Part shown: positions 19,077 to 29,095 of the stretch, one piece after another | How the letters are laid out: the number at the start of each line of letters is the position of its first letter | Position numbering within the stretch: the stretch's first letter is position 1 | Source: Patescibacteria group bacterium | Lineage (GTDB): Bacteria; Patescibacteriota; Minisyncoccia; UBA6257; 2-01-FULL-56-20 | DNA: 64,000 nt | Direction of reading: 5' to 3' | Assembly: GCA_024654525.1 (NCBI GenBank) | Contig: JANLHI010000002.1 | Span: forward strand, 16,496-80,495 | Notes under the pieces: generated by a model | Told to the model about the DNA's origin: nothing | Seen by the model: the letters and a program-made list of their open reading frames with translations, nothing else | The model's database searches: none | Position numbers and translations under genes: made by a program

Positions 19077-19793
19077 GTGATGAGTAAAACTAAAAATCCG
19101 AGAGCAAATGCTGATTTTATATTAATTAATAGCGCAATCATGTTCTTTTGCTACCATATACAAGTGACGAAATTTATCATCGGTATTGATGAAGTGGGGC
19201 GCGGAGCGCTTGCGGGCCCGGTTGAAGTGGCGGCGGTATACACAAGGAAGGGAATAAGGATTAAGGAGAAAGGACTGGGTATGTTACGGGATTCGAAGAA
19301 GCTTACTGCAAAAAAACGCGAGCAGTGGGCTGAATATATTAAAAATAATCCAAAAATTATATTTGCAACCGCGCGCGTGTATCCGCGCGGAGTGGAGAAA
19401 ATGAATATTGCTCGGGCAACGAATGAAGCGGCGCTTCGGGCATATGAGAAGCTTGTTGCAAATAACGAATTGCGAATAGCGAATTTCGCAGTGTTTCTGG
19501 ATGGCGGGCTTTACCTTGGGAATGGATGTCAGCCGAAAAATGCGAAGACAGTGGTCCGAGGTGATGAAAAATTCATCGCAGTGAAGCTGGCTTCGATTAT
19601 GGCAAAGGTTTCGAGGGATCGATATATGACAAGGCTTGATATGAGATACCCGCAGTATGGGTTTGCGGTGCATAAAGGATATGGCACGAAAGCGCATATT
19701 GCCGCGTTAAAGAAATACGGGGTGAGTACGACGCACCGATTGACGTTTCTCAAGAAATACCCTACTATGCAACAAGTGATAAGGAAAAAGTAG
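19077..19793 (+). CDS. rnhB: Ribonuclease HII
   Basis: IIGIDEVGRGALAGPV is the RNase HII catalytic motif. An alternative in-frame start lies at 19140. Confidence 0.85.
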   Translation: MMSKTKNPRANADFILINSAIMFFCYHIQVTKFIIGIDEVGRGALAGPVEVAAVYTRKGIRIKEKGLGMLRDSKKLTAKKREQWAEYIKNNPKIIFATARVYPRGVEKMNIARATNEAALRAYEKLVANNELRIANFAVFLDGGLYLGNGCQPKNAKTVVRGDEKFIAVKLASIMAKVSRDRYMTRLDMRYPQYGFAVHKGYGTKAHIAALKKYGVSTTHRLTFLKKYPTMQQVIRKK

Positions 19794-19829
19794 CAGGTTG
19801 TGATTTCTGCTGTATCACTTTTTAACTCT

Positions 19830-19982
19830 ATGGGAGGCGTTCCAACAAAACATCATAGTAAAGGGAAAGTAGGCCGGAGACGGTCTCATTTGGCGCTCAA
19901 GAAAAAGAAGATTCTTGTATGCGCGTCATGCAAAGGCCCCAAGCTTACTCACCGAACGTGCAAGCAGTGTGGAAAGAAATAG
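19830..19982 (+). CDS. rpmF: 50S ribosomal protein L32
   Basis: KGKVGRRRSHLALKKKKILVCASCKGPKLTHRTCKQCG shows the L32 pattern (RRxH...CxxC...HRxCxxCG). The track ORF starts at 19800. Confidence 0.7.
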   Translation: MGGVPTKHHSKGKVGRRRSHLALKKKKILVCASCKGPKLTHRTCKQCGKK

Positions 19983-20081
19983 AAGAAGTTCAAATTTCAA
20001 AATTCAAAAATGAAAATTAAAGTGTTTGCGGAGCACGCTCATCCATTTTGCACTTTGATGTTTCCGTTTTAAACTTTCATT

Positions 20082-20567
20082 ATGGCTACTCGGCACCTTG
20101 TAAGAACAGTGATTCTCCAGTCCCTTTATGAATGGGATTTTTATCATAAAGAGAAGGATATTATTGCGATTCTTGAGAGAAATCTCCAAGAATTCGCGTC
20201 GGGCATAGACGAGCCCGATTTTGCGTGGAGAATTTTAAAAGGTCTCGTGGAGCATTTGCGCGAGATAGACGAAATAATTGTGCGTGTTGCGCCAGAATGG
20301 CCTCTTGATAAAGTTGCCATAATTGACAGGAATATTCTTCGAATAGGGCTTTACGAATTGATGTACGCGAATCCCGAAGAAGTACCTCCCAAAGTCGCTA
20401 TTAATGAAGCGATTGAAGTTGCAAAAAATTACGGCGGTCCAAGCTCTGCGCGATTTGTAAACGGCGTATTGGGTACGGTCTATCGCGAGGTGCAAGCGAA
20501 GCGCGGTGATGTGGTTTCCGAAGTACCTGTCGCGCCGAAACGTAAGAAACGGAAAGATGCAAAATAG
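20082..20567 (+). CDS. nusB: Transcription antitermination factor NusB
   Basis: [26 protein letters not shown] and [19 protein letters not shown] match NusB. Confidence 0.85.
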   Translation: MATRHLVRTVILQSLYEWDFYHKEKDIIAILERNLQEFASGIDEPDFAWRILKGLVEHLREIDEIIVRVAPEWPLDKVAIIDRNILRIGLYELMYANPEEVPPKVAINEAIEVAKNYGGPSSARFVNGVLGTVYREVQAKRGDVVSEVPVAPKRKKRKDAK

Positions 20568-21252
20568 TCCCGATACACAAGCTCTCGAAACAGCAATTGG
20601 CGTTCCAATCGGGAACGTTGATTTATACTACGCGGCGCTCACGCATCGTTCCTATTTAAATGAAGAACCTCATTGGCCTCATGGGCATAACGAACGGCTG
20701 GAGTATCTTGGAGATGCGGTGTTGGAGCTTGTGGTGAGCGAGGATCTCTATTTAAAATTTCCCGATGATCCGGAAGGGAAACTTACACTTCTTCGCGCGG
20801 CGCTCGTAAACTACCAATTTCTTGCACGCGTGGCGGAAGATATCAATCTTAACAGCTTTCTCCTTATGTCGCGTGGTGAAAACAGAGATGTAGGAAAGGC
20901 GCGCGAAGTTATTTTGGCGAACGCGATGGAAGCGCTTATCGGCGCAATTTATCTTGACCAAGGGCTTGGTGAAGCAAAAAAATTCATTGATCGTTTCGTC
21001 ATGGTAAGTCTTGGTGAGATTGTGAGAAATGGAAGTTATAAAGATGCGAAAAGTGAGCTTCAAGAACTGATTCAAGAAAAGAAAAAAGTAACTCCTTCAT
21101 ATCGGGTACTTGATGAAAACGGCCCTGCGCATAAAAGAACATTCCGAATAGGAGTGTATTTTGGTGAAGATCTTATTGCCGAAGGAGAAGGACTGTCAAA
21201 GCAAGAGGGAGAGGTTGAAGCGGCGCGAAAAGCGTTAGAGAAGGTGAGATAG
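20557..21252 (+). CDS. rnc: Ribonuclease III
   Basis: [20 protein letters not shown] is the RNase III signature. A C-terminal dsRBD is present. The start was adjusted to the ATG that overlaps the nusB stop. Confidence 0.9.
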   Translation: MQNSPDTQALETAIGVPIGNVDLYYAALTHRSYLNEEPHWPHGHNERLEYLGDAVLELVVSEDLYLKFPDDPEGKLTLLRAALVNYQFLARVAEDINLNSFLLMSRGENRDVGKAREVILANAMEALIGAIYLDQGLGEAKKFIDRFVMVSLGEIVRNGSYKDAKSELQELIQEKKKVTPSYRVLDENGPAHKRTFRIGVYFGEDLIAEGEGLSKQEGEVEAARKALEKVR

Positions 21253-21376
21253 TGAGACATTCAAAAAATAAATTCCCAATGGTATATTAGTGCTAAAGTT
21301 CAAATTGTTACGGGTGGTCTTTTGGAGTTTTGAAATTGGTTTAATAGGTAAGCGTTGAAGTTTGGATTTTCCTACC

Positions 21377-23599
21377 ATGCATTTACTTAAGCGTCTTGAA
21401 CTAAATGGTTTTAAATCGTTTGCGGGAAAGACCGTGCTTGATTTTCCGAACGGTATTACTGCGATTGTTGGGCCGAACGGTTCGGGAAAGTCGAATGTGG
21501 TTGATGCAATTCGATGGCTTCTCGGTGAGCGTGACGCAAAACACCTTCGTGGTGGGAAAGTGGAAGATCTGATTTTTGCGGGAACTCCGGATCGCCCGCG
21601 TGCGGGACTTGCACAGGCGAGTCTGCATTTCGATAACGAGAAAAAGTTTTTTCCGCTTGATACTGCGGAAGTCACGGTAAGCCGAGAAGTTGCTCGTGAC
21701 GGAACAAGTAAATATTTTTTGAATAAAGCGGAGGTGTTGTTGCGCGATCTTGTGGATTTTTTTGCACAGGCACGTTTGGGAAGTCGGGGAATCGTGGTGG
21801 TAACGCAGGGGAATAGCGATCTTTTTATACGTGCCGAGCCGAAAGTCCGACGCGAGATGATTGAGGAAATTTTGGGTCTTCGCGAATACCAGATTAAAAA
21901 AGCGGATGCGGAACGCCGTCTTGGACAAAGCGAGGATAATTTACGCAAGGCACACGCGCTTATTGATGAGATTCTTCCTCATCTCCGCTCGTTGCGCAGA
22001 CAGGCAACACGATGGGAAAAGAGAGGTGCGTGTGAAGAAGAACTTCGTACGCTCGAGAATCACTATTTCGGAGAGTCGTGGAAAGACATTGCAGTGCAAT
22101 CGTCTGTGCTCGAGGAAGAGATGAAACAGCATAATGTGCGGGGAGAAACGTTGCAACGCGAGCTTTCTGATGCCGAAAAAAAAGAAAAAGATATCGAGAA
22201 AAGTCAGCCGGAGGAAAGAAAGGAACTCGCTTCATTGCGCGAAGAAATGCGCGCTATTCTCGAGAAGAAAAGCATAATGGAAAAAAATGTGGCGCGTCTT
22301 GAAGCGCAAGCGGAAATTGTGTCTCATGACGAATCGGATGATGAATTTCTTCCTTCCGGGGAGATAATGAAAGTGGTACAGCGAGTGCGTGACATGTTAC
22401 TTGCGGCAGAAGATGCCGATGTAGAGGCATTGCAGACCACAATCCAATCCGCGCTTGATGAATTCGAGACGCTGTTTGCAAGTCATGTAAAGAAGAAAAA
22501 ACCGGCAACAGATGCGCCGTCGAATGTAATGCACGAAGAATTGCAAAAGGTTACGGATGCGCTTTCGGTACTCAGTAAGGAACTCAATGCATTTCGCGCA
22601 AAAGAGCAGGAACTTGAAAAAGGACAAGAGGATTTTTATAAGATATTCACTGCGGCAGTGCGCGAAGTGGAACGTATTCGCAAAGAACTGCATGCATGGG
22701 AGGCGGTGCGTCAGGATAAACTTCTTCGCAAAGAACGCCATACTTTCCAGCGCGAAGAATTGCGCCGTCAGATGTGGCAAGCAGGGAGAAAGCCCGAAGA
22801 GTTTGACGGTGGGGAAAAAGTGGAGAATATGACATATAGCCGAGATGAAGCGGAAAGAAAAATGTTGCGTTTGCGCGGAGAACTTGCGGCAATCGGCGAG
22901 ATTGACGAGGCGGTGATGAAAGAAGCGAAAGAGACGGAATCGCGGTATGAATTTTTGACGCATGAAGCGGAAGATCTGAAAAAAGCGGTGGGCGATTTAA
23001 GGAATCTTATTCGCGAACTTTCGGATAAAATACGAACGGAATTCGGTGGCGCACTCCACACCATCAATGACGAGTTCAAAAAGTTTTTTGGATTAATGTT
23101 TGACGGGGGAAGCGCGAAATTAAAAATCCAAAAACAAAAACTTAAAAGTTATTCTGAGAAAGAAGAGAGTCAGACCGGCAATTCTGAAAGCAAGGAGTCG
23201 GAATCAGGACTTCACCCCGGGGAGTTTATCGAAGAGGATCAGGAAGAGGGAATTGAGATTGAGTTTAAGCTCCCTCGAAAACGGGCAAATTCACTTGATG
23301 TACTCTCGGGCGGTGAGCGAAGTTTGGTGGGACTTGCCGCGCTTTTTGCGCTGATTTCAGTGAGCCCCCCGCCATTTTTAGTGCTCGATGAAATTGATGC
23401 CGCGCTTGATGAGCGAAATGCGCGTCGTTTCGCCGATTTACTCAAGGAGTTTGCACGAAAGACGCAATTTATCGTAGTAACGCACAACCGTGCAACCATG
23501 GAGTCTGCAAACGTACTTTATGGGGTAACACTTGGTCCCGATGGCACCTCGAAAGTGCTTTCGTTATCGCTTGAAAAAGGAGTAGCGCAAGTTTCATGA
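21377..23599 (+). CDS. smc: SMC-like chromosome-segregation ATPase, short form with no recognisable hinge
   Basis: The N-terminal head reads LELNGFKSF...ITAIVGPNGSGKSNVVDAIRWLLGE. The C-terminal head reads LSGGERSLVGLAALFAL...FLVLDEIDAALDERNARRFADLL...FIVVTHNRATMESANVLYGVT. It is only about 740 aa, and the middle is continuous coiled coil. Confidence 0.8.
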   Translation: MHLLKRLELNGFKSFAGKTVLDFPNGITAIVGPNGSGKSNVVDAIRWLLGERDAKHLRGGKVEDLIFAGTPDRPRAGLAQASLHFDNEKKFFPLDTAEVTVSREVARDGTSKYFLNKAEVLLRDLVDFFAQARLGSRGIVVVTQGNSDLFIRAEPKVRREMIEEILGLREYQIKKADAERRLGQSEDNLRKAHALIDEILPHLRSLRRQATRWEKRGACEEELRTLENHYFGESWKDIAVQSSVLEEEMKQHNVRGETLQRELSDAEKKEKDIEKSQPEERKELASLREEMRAILEKKSIMEKNVARLEAQAEIVSHDESDDEFLPSGEIMKVVQRVRDMLLAAEDADVEALQTTIQSALDEFETLFASHVKKKKPATDAPSNVMHEELQKVTDALSVLSKELNAFRAKEQELEKGQEDFYKIFTAAVREVERIRKELHAWEAVRQDKLLRKERHTFQREELRRQMWQAGRKPEEFDGGEKVENMTYSRDEAERKMLRLRGELAAIGEIDEAVMKEAKETESRYEFLTHEAEDLKKAVGDLRNLIRELSDKIRTEFGGALHTINDEFKKFFGLMFDGGSAKLKIQKQKLKSYSEKEESQTGNSESKESESGLHPGEFIEEDQEEGIEIEFKLPRKRANSLDVLSGGERSLVGLAALFALISVSPPPFLVLDEIDAALDERNARRFADLLKEFARKTQFIVVTHNRATMESANVLYGVTLGPDGTSKVLSLSLEKGVAQVS

Positions 23600-24300
23600 A
23601 TATTCCGCGACATATTCTCATTATTCCCGATGGCAATCGTAGATGGGCGCGCGCGAAAAATAAACCCGCGCATATGGGGCATCTTGAGGGCGTGCGAATT
23701 ACCGGCGCGATATTGAAAGAAACGCTGAATCTTGGAGTAACCACAATCACTATATGGGGCGCTTCGGAAAAAAACCTCACCAAACGTTCGCGACAGGAAG
23801 TTGCGTTTCTTGGAAAAATATTCAAAATTTATTTCACAAAACTTCTGAAAGAATCTGATCTGGAAAAATATGATGTACGTATTCGTGCGCTTGGGAAATG
23901 GAAAGAGCTTTTGCCTCAATCGGTTTCTGCCACGGTACAAAAATGCATTGATACCACAAAAACACACAAAACTCGCTCGCTCACATTCCTTCTTGGTTAC
24001 AATGGTAAGGATGAAATGAGAAATGCGATAGCGGATATTGCGGCGGAAAAGCTCAAGAATCCAAAGATAAAAATCAGGGAAGATGACATTAAAAAGTATC
24101 TTTGGACAAAGGATTTACCGCCGGTGGATTTAGTAATTCGTACGGGAGGAGAACCGCATCTTTCCACAGGAGTAATGATGTGGGATATTGCCGATGCGCG
24201 ATTTTATTTCACCGAAACATTTTGGCCCGCATTCACGCCAAAAGAATTAAGAAAAGCGGTGGATGAGTACTCGCGTCTTGAAAAGCGTGATGGCGCGTGA
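23596..24300 (+). CDS. uppS: Isoprenyl transferase (undecaprenyl-diphosphate synthase)
   Basis: HILIIPDGNRRWA is the UPPS motif. The gene overlaps the smc stop by 4 nt. Confidence 0.9.
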   Translation: MNIPRHILIIPDGNRRWARAKNKPAHMGHLEGVRITGAILKETLNLGVTTITIWGASEKNLTKRSRQEVAFLGKIFKIYFTKLLKESDLEKYDVRIRALGKWKELLPQSVSATVQKCIDTTKTHKTRSLTFLLGYNGKDEMRNAIADIAAEKLKNPKIKIREDDIKKYLWTKDLPPVDLVIRTGGEPHLSTGVMMWDIADARFYFTETFWPAFTPKELRKAVDEYSRLEKRDGA

Positions 24301-24345
24301 GTTGCGAAAGTGTTCTTTTTGGCTACAATGTGAGCGGTAGAGAAA

Positions 24346-24419
24346 GGGCCCATAGTTAAGTGGTATAACGGCGCATTCGCATTGCGCAGGCGGGAGTTCG
24401 ATTCTCCCTGGGTCCACCA
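24346..24419 (+). tRNA. tRNA-Ala (anticodon CGC)
   Basis: Acceptor GGGCCCA/TGGGTCC carries the G3:U70 Ala identity pair. Anticodon stem GCGCA/TGCGC with loop TTCGCAT. T-arm GGTTCGATTCC. CCA is encoded. Confidence 0.85.
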
Positions 24420-24603
24420 AATGATAATTTTCGAGAGCGTTGTGCTGATTTAATTCGTAAACTAGGCCTAATTTGGCAGTTCTAATTTGTATCACTACTG
24501 AAAAGCCACGTGTTATCCACACTTCAGGTTTGTTTATATTACTTGACCTGATGTAAGCAAAGGAGTATACTTTGTTTACATTGATAAAAAGATGTAAGCA
24601 AAC

Positions 24604-25746
24604 ATGAAATCACTAGATATCGGCCAGTTAAAAGATCAAAAAGAAGGCTTTAAAGCTTTCGTTCCCAACCCTTTTCCTCCAAAGGGCGGTTTTGAGTTTG
24701 ACCCGAAAATTCTGAAGAAAAGCGACGAGGCGACGCGCCTCTTGGGTAAACTCGACGGTATCACCAAACTCCTTCCCGATGTCGATTTTTTCTTGAGTAT
24801 GTACCTGCGCAAGGACGCCGCATCATCAAGTCAAATCGAAGGGACGATGGCCACGATGATTGACGCCATCGAAGCCGAAGTCCAAGCAAGCGCGAATATT
24901 CCGGAAGATGTTGATGACATTCTGCATTACATCAAGGCGCTGAACTACGGGATGAAGCGCGTACAGCAAGACGACTTTCCGATGGCTCTCCGTTTTGTAA
25001 GAGAGTTACATAAGCAATTGATGGACAAGGCTCGAACGACTCATTATTCCGACCCAGGAGAATTCAGAAAATCACAGAACTGGATTGGTGGTACTCGTCC
25101 TGACAATGCACGCTTCGTGCCTCCCCCTGTCGAAGAAATGCATGTTGCCTTGAATGATCTTGAGAAATTTATGCATTCGAGTGATGACATTCTCACGATC
25201 ATCAAAGCGGCGCTTATACACGCGCAATTCGAAACGATTCACCCATTTCTCGATGGTAACGGTAGAACCGGTCGTATGCTCATAACGTTCTATCTTTGGA
25301 AAGAAGGTTATCTGGAGAAACCGGCATTGTTCCTGTCCTCCTACTTCAAGAAGCATCAAAAAGTCTATTACGAAAGACTGTTCGGCTATCACTTTGGAAG
25401 TGTTTCCGATTGGGTAGATTTCTTTCTTGATGGTGTCATTGAGATCGCCGGTGAGGCAATCGACATTGTCGGAAAGATCACGACACTTCGTGAAAAAGAC
25501 ATGCTCAAAGTACAGACTCTCGGCAAACGCTCGTCAGAGAGCGCGGCTTTGGTATTGCCAAAACTTTACGAACAGCCGATCGTCAACGTTGCGACGGTTC
25601 AAAAATGGACCGGTTTTTCCCGAGTTGGCTCCCAGTCGGTGATCAATCGATTTATCGAGATGGGTATCCTTACTCCCAAGGATAAGGATAAGAAATACGG
25701 GCAATCGTATATCTATAAAAAATACATAGATATATTTGCTGAATAA
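24604..25746 (+). CDS. Fic-family protein (AMPylator-type)
   Basis: Canonical Fic motif HPFLDGNGRTGR. The protein is 380 aa with a C-terminal winged-helix-like region. Confidence 0.85.
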   Translation: MKSLDIGQLKDQKEGFKAFVPNPFPPKGGFEFDPKILKKSDEATRLLGKLDGITKLLPDVDFFLSMYLRKDAASSSQIEGTMATMIDAIEAEVQASANIPEDVDDILHYIKALNYGMKRVQQDDFPMALRFVRELHKQLMDKARTTHYSDPGEFRKSQNWIGGTRPDNARFVPPPVEEMHVALNDLEKFMHSSDDILTIIKAALIHAQFETIHPFLDGNGRTGRMLITFYLWKEGYLEKPALFLSSYFKKHQKVYYERLFGYHFGSVSDWVDFFLDGVIEIAGEAIDIVGKITTLREKDMLKVQTLGKRSSESAALVLPKLYEQPIVNVATVQKWTGFSRVGSQSVINRFIEMGILTPKDKDKKYGQSYIYKKYIDIFAE

Positions 25747-25751
25747 TTCAG

Positions 25752-26207
25752 ATGACACACGACATCATCAAAAACTTAATATTCGTGGATTGCGAGGGAC
25801 ACGGACCGGCACCGACACTGAATGATTCGGTGGGTTTTGAATTTGGCGCGGTTGCGCACCCTTCAAAGCAGACATTCCACGGAATCGGGGCAACAAAAGA
25901 GACATTTGAGGATTTCGACAAATGGATTTCATCCGTGGTAGAGAAAGGATTCAGGCCGCTGTTTGTGAGCGACAATCCGGCCTATGACTGGCAGTTCATA
26001 AACTATTATTTCCACCTGCATCTCGGCAGAAACCCGTTCGGCCATTCGGCAAGAAGGATCGGCGATTTTTACGCCGGACTCGTTGGCAACTTCACTGATG
26101 GGAGTTCATGGAAAAAGCTACGGGTTACGGTGCATGACCACAATCCCGTAAACGATGCGATGGGTAATCTCGAAGCGTTCGAGAGGATATTAAGCGGAGA
26201 AAGATAA
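25752..26207 (+). CDS. Small DEDDh-type 3'-5' exonuclease-like protein
   Basis: Exo I-like FVDCEG, Exo II-like SDNPAYDWQF and Exo III-like HDHNPVNDAMGN (H-x4-D). Only 151 aa. Confidence 0.5.
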   Translation: MTHDIIKNLIFVDCEGHGPAPTLNDSVGFEFGAVAHPSKQTFHGIGATKETFEDFDKWISSVVEKGFRPLFVSDNPAYDWQFINYYFHLHLGRNPFGHSARRIGDFYAGLVGNFTDGSSWKKLRVTVHDHNPVNDAMGNLEAFERILSGER

Positions 26208-26260
26208 AATATATGCCAAAGGAAATCGCCAAGAAAACTAAAGAAGAAGTATAATTACAT

Positions 26261-28216
26261 ATGAAAAATATCTTTGAACAATTAGTAGATTTATTAAAAA
26301 AAGATGAGCGCCTTGTTTCGCAAGACGGCGTGCTTTTGAAAAATCAAGTGCAGGAATTGGCTAGGAAAAATGATCCAGCTTTGATTAAGCTTTTACTTTC
26401 CGACAAGGCGATAAAACAGCACTTCTTTTTTGAAGTAGAAAAAACGCTGATTTTTGATAAAGAAAAGTTTATCCGCTTTGTTTCTAATAAACAATTTTTA
26501 CCGGATTCCTATACTGCGTTTAAAAATAAAATCGGCTTAACTGCTGGCGATGAATATGTGAGCGAAAACAAAGAAGTGGTTTTAACTTGGCCTTATAAGG
26601 ATTGTGTTTTGGAAGGCGGAATGACCAAAGAAGACCAAAAGAGGGATGAGATTTTTTATAATGAAACATTAGCGCCGGACGATATCAATCGCCTACTGGA
26701 CGCCAAAGTTTTTACCAATTTCAAACGGATAGACAAAAAAGGCGAACACAAACTGGACGGCTTCAAGCGCGATGAAAAAGGTACGATTAAAGACAATTTG
26801 ATTATTAAAGGCAACAACTTGCTCGCGCTTGCTTCACTTAAAAAAGAATTCGTCGGAAAAGTGAAGCTGATTTACATTGATCCGCCGTATAACACAGGTG
26901 ATGACGGATTTAATTATAACGATACATTCAACCATTCAACATGGATGACCTTCTTAAAAAATCGATTGGAAATAGCTAGAAAAATGCTGACCAAAGATGG
27001 ATCGATTTTTATCCAAATTAATGATATCGAAGAAGCATATCTAAAGGTGTTATGTGATGAGGTTTTTACTCGGGAAAACTTTCATACGAGCATATGCGTG
27101 CAAATGTCTCATTTGAGCGGAGTAAAAATGGCGCACAAAGATAAGAAATTACCTAAAATTAAAGAGTATGTCTTATTTTATACAAACTCACCAAAGATTA
27201 AATTAAACCCACAATATGTTCCAGCTAGTTGGGATGAAGCACTAGAGCGATATTCTTCATTCGTAGTTAAAGAAAATTATACTGATGATGAGTGTGAAAA
27301 ATGGAAGATTATTCCACTAAACAAAGCGATCAAAGATAGTGGCGTTGATATAAAAGACAAAAAGGCAGTAACTGATTTCAAATTAAAAAATGCAGACTTA
27401 ATATTTAGAACTGCAAGAAATAGAGGGGCAGATTATTCAGCATACAATCCTAATTGTTTTAATAAAGTCACCAACCCCGACGAATCATATTATTTTGTTT
27501 ATAAAGGAGAAGATATAAGTTTTGCAGCGGACAAGGTTATTTCTATAAACGGTAAATTGACTCCAGTTGTTGCTTTGGGGGATATTTGGACCGATATCGG
27601 AATAAATAATCTATCAAATGAAGGTGGTGTGGATTTAAGATTTGGAAAAAAACCTGAAAAGTTGATAGAACGAATAATTAAGCTAATATCTAATTCAGAC
27701 GATGATATTATCGTGGATTTTTTTAGTGGATCAGGAACTACCGGTGCTGTTGCTCATAAATTGAAAAAGCGATATATCCTCATTGAGCAATTAGCTGATC
27801 ATATTAATAAATCTATTGCAAGAATTAAGAATGTAATCAAAGGTGAACAAAGTGGGATAAGTAAAGATAATGATTGGAAAGGTGGCGGAGATTTTGTCTA
27901 TATGGAACTTGCTAAATGGAATGAGGAATGGATAGAAAAAATTGAAAAAGCCAAAACCGGCAAAGAACTCGCTAAACTTTGGGATGAGATGAAAGAAACC
28001 GTCTTTTTGAGCTACAAAGTCGATCCGACAAATGTTGATGCAAATGCCAAAGATTTTGCGGAATTATCTATTGCCGATCAAAAGAAATTTTTGATTGAGT
28101 GCTTGGATAAAAATCAGCTTTATGTAAATTTGAGCGAGATTGAGGATAGAGAGTATGGGGTGAGTAAAGAGGATATAAAGTTAAATAAAGAGTTTTATGA
28201 AAAAGATAGCTTTTAA
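26261..28216 (+). CDS. mod: Type III restriction-modification N6-adenine DNA methyltransferase (Mod)
   Basis: Motif IV (IYIDPPYNTG) precedes motif I (VDFFSGSGTTGAVA), which is beta-class order. The 651-aa length is typical for Mod. Confidence 0.85.
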   Translation: MKNIFEQLVDLLKKDERLVSQDGVLLKNQVQELARKNDPALIKLLLSDKAIKQHFFFEVEKTLIFDKEKFIRFVSNKQFLPDSYTAFKNKIGLTAGDEYVSENKEVVLTWPYKDCVLEGGMTKEDQKRDEIFYNETLAPDDINRLLDAKVFTNFKRIDKKGEHKLDGFKRDEKGTIKDNLIIKGNNLLALASLKKEFVGKVKLIYIDPPYNTGDDGFNYNDTFNHSTWMTFLKNRLEIARKMLTKDGSIFIQINDIEEAYLKVLCDEVFTRENFHTSICVQMSHLSGVKMAHKDKKLPKIKEYVLFYTNSPKIKLNPQYVPASWDEALERYSSFVVKENYTDDECEKWKIIPLNKAIKDSGVDIKDKKAVTDFKLKNADLIFRTARNRGADYSAYNPNCFNKVTNPDESYYFVYKGEDISFAADKVISINGKLTPVVALGDIWTDIGINNLSNEGGVDLRFGKKPEKLIERIIKLISNSDDDIIVDFFSGSGTTGAVAHKLKKRYILIEQLADHINKSIARIKNVIKGEQSGISKDNDWKGGGDFVYMELAKWNEEWIEKIEKAKTGKELAKLWDEMKETVFLSYKVDPTNVDANAKDFAELSIADQKKFLIECLDKNQLYVNLSEIEDREYGVSKEDIKLNKEFYEKDSF

Positions 28217-28826
28217 AACTTACGAACAAATAAAAAATCTACTCCGGATAACAGGGTACTTATTCTGGTGGATCATACCCTTTGCTTTATTTATACTGGC
28301 CACATATTTACCGAAATTTATTTGGAATATTAGTTTTAATGACTATTTAAATTTTATAAAGATTCTAGTCTGGCCCATATCAGCCTTGATTATTTTATTT
28401 TTCTTTAAAAAGGTGATAACTTACCTTTTCTTTTCCATTGATGGCTTTAATTTTTTTGGCGCCAAAGGAGAAATAAAAAATGTATATGACCTAATAACGG
28501 AAAAAGTCAACGAAAGATTTGAAAATGAAAAAAGAGAGGCCGCAAGAGAAACCGAGGTAAATAGACTACAAAGAGAAATTGAAACAAATTCAGGAAGGGC
28601 GGATGAAAATTTAAAGACTGCAAAGGAGATTTTAGCAGAATGGAAAAAATCTAACACGGATAATAAGAGACTTTTGGAGGAAAATAAGCAACTAAGGGAC
28701 GCAATTGAGAGAAAAAATCAATACTCTGGCAATTTTCCGCCTGTTTCTGGAGAGTCAGAACTTGGTACTGGTAATAAGGTTGATAATAGTCAACCCGTGG
28801 CTCCTTCCAATGAAGAAAAAATATGA
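28197..28826 (+). CDS. Hypothetical membrane protein with a C-terminal coiled coil, embedded between mod and res
   Basis: Two or three N-terminal TM helices are followed by a K/E/R-rich coiled coil. The start overlaps the mod 3' end by 20 nt. Confidence 0.5.
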   Translation: MKKIAFKTYEQIKNLLRITGYLFWWIIPFALFILATYLPKFIWNISFNDYLNFIKILVWPISALIILFFFKKVITYLFFSIDGFNFFGAKGEIKNVYDLITEKVNERFENEKREAARETEVNRLQREIETNSGRADENLKTAKEILAEWKKSNTDNKRLLEENKQLRDAIERKNQYSGNFPPVSGESELGTGNKVDNSQPVAPSNEEKI

Positions 28827-29089
28827 ATAAATATTTAATAACTTACGATTTGAAAAATAAGTCCATAAGGGATTACCAATCACTTTTTATTGCCATAAAA
28901 AGTCTTGGCCCATGGTGGCATTATTTAGAGTCAACATGGATTGTTAAAACTAATTTAAATTCCCAACAAATATGGAATACTTTAGGCCAACACTTACTCA
29001 CAAATGACCATATTTTAGTTGTAAAAATTGATAATAGTGATAAGTGGGGATGGTTACCACAAGATGCATGGAATTGGCTAAACACATAA
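28823..29089 (+). CDS. Small Trp-rich hypothetical protein (88 aa), embedded between mod and res
   Basis: ATGA start/stop overlap with the upstream ORF. The stop lies 7 nt before res. The pattern YLITYDL...DHILVVKI suggests an alpha/beta fold. No recognisable family. Confidence 0.45.
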   Translation: MNKYLITYDLKNKSIRDYQSLFIAIKSLGPWWHYLESTWIVKTNLNSQQIWNTLGQHLLTNDHILVVKIDNSDKWGWLPQDAWNWLNT

Positions 29090-29095
29090 TAAATT

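Noticed and set aside
21235-23079. Long antisense ORFs (for example 21235-21948 at 237 aa, 22397-22963 at 188 aa) overlapping smc
   Set aside because: They are Arg/Ser/Cys-rich low-complexity reverse-frame artefacts of a clearly homologous + strand SMC gene.
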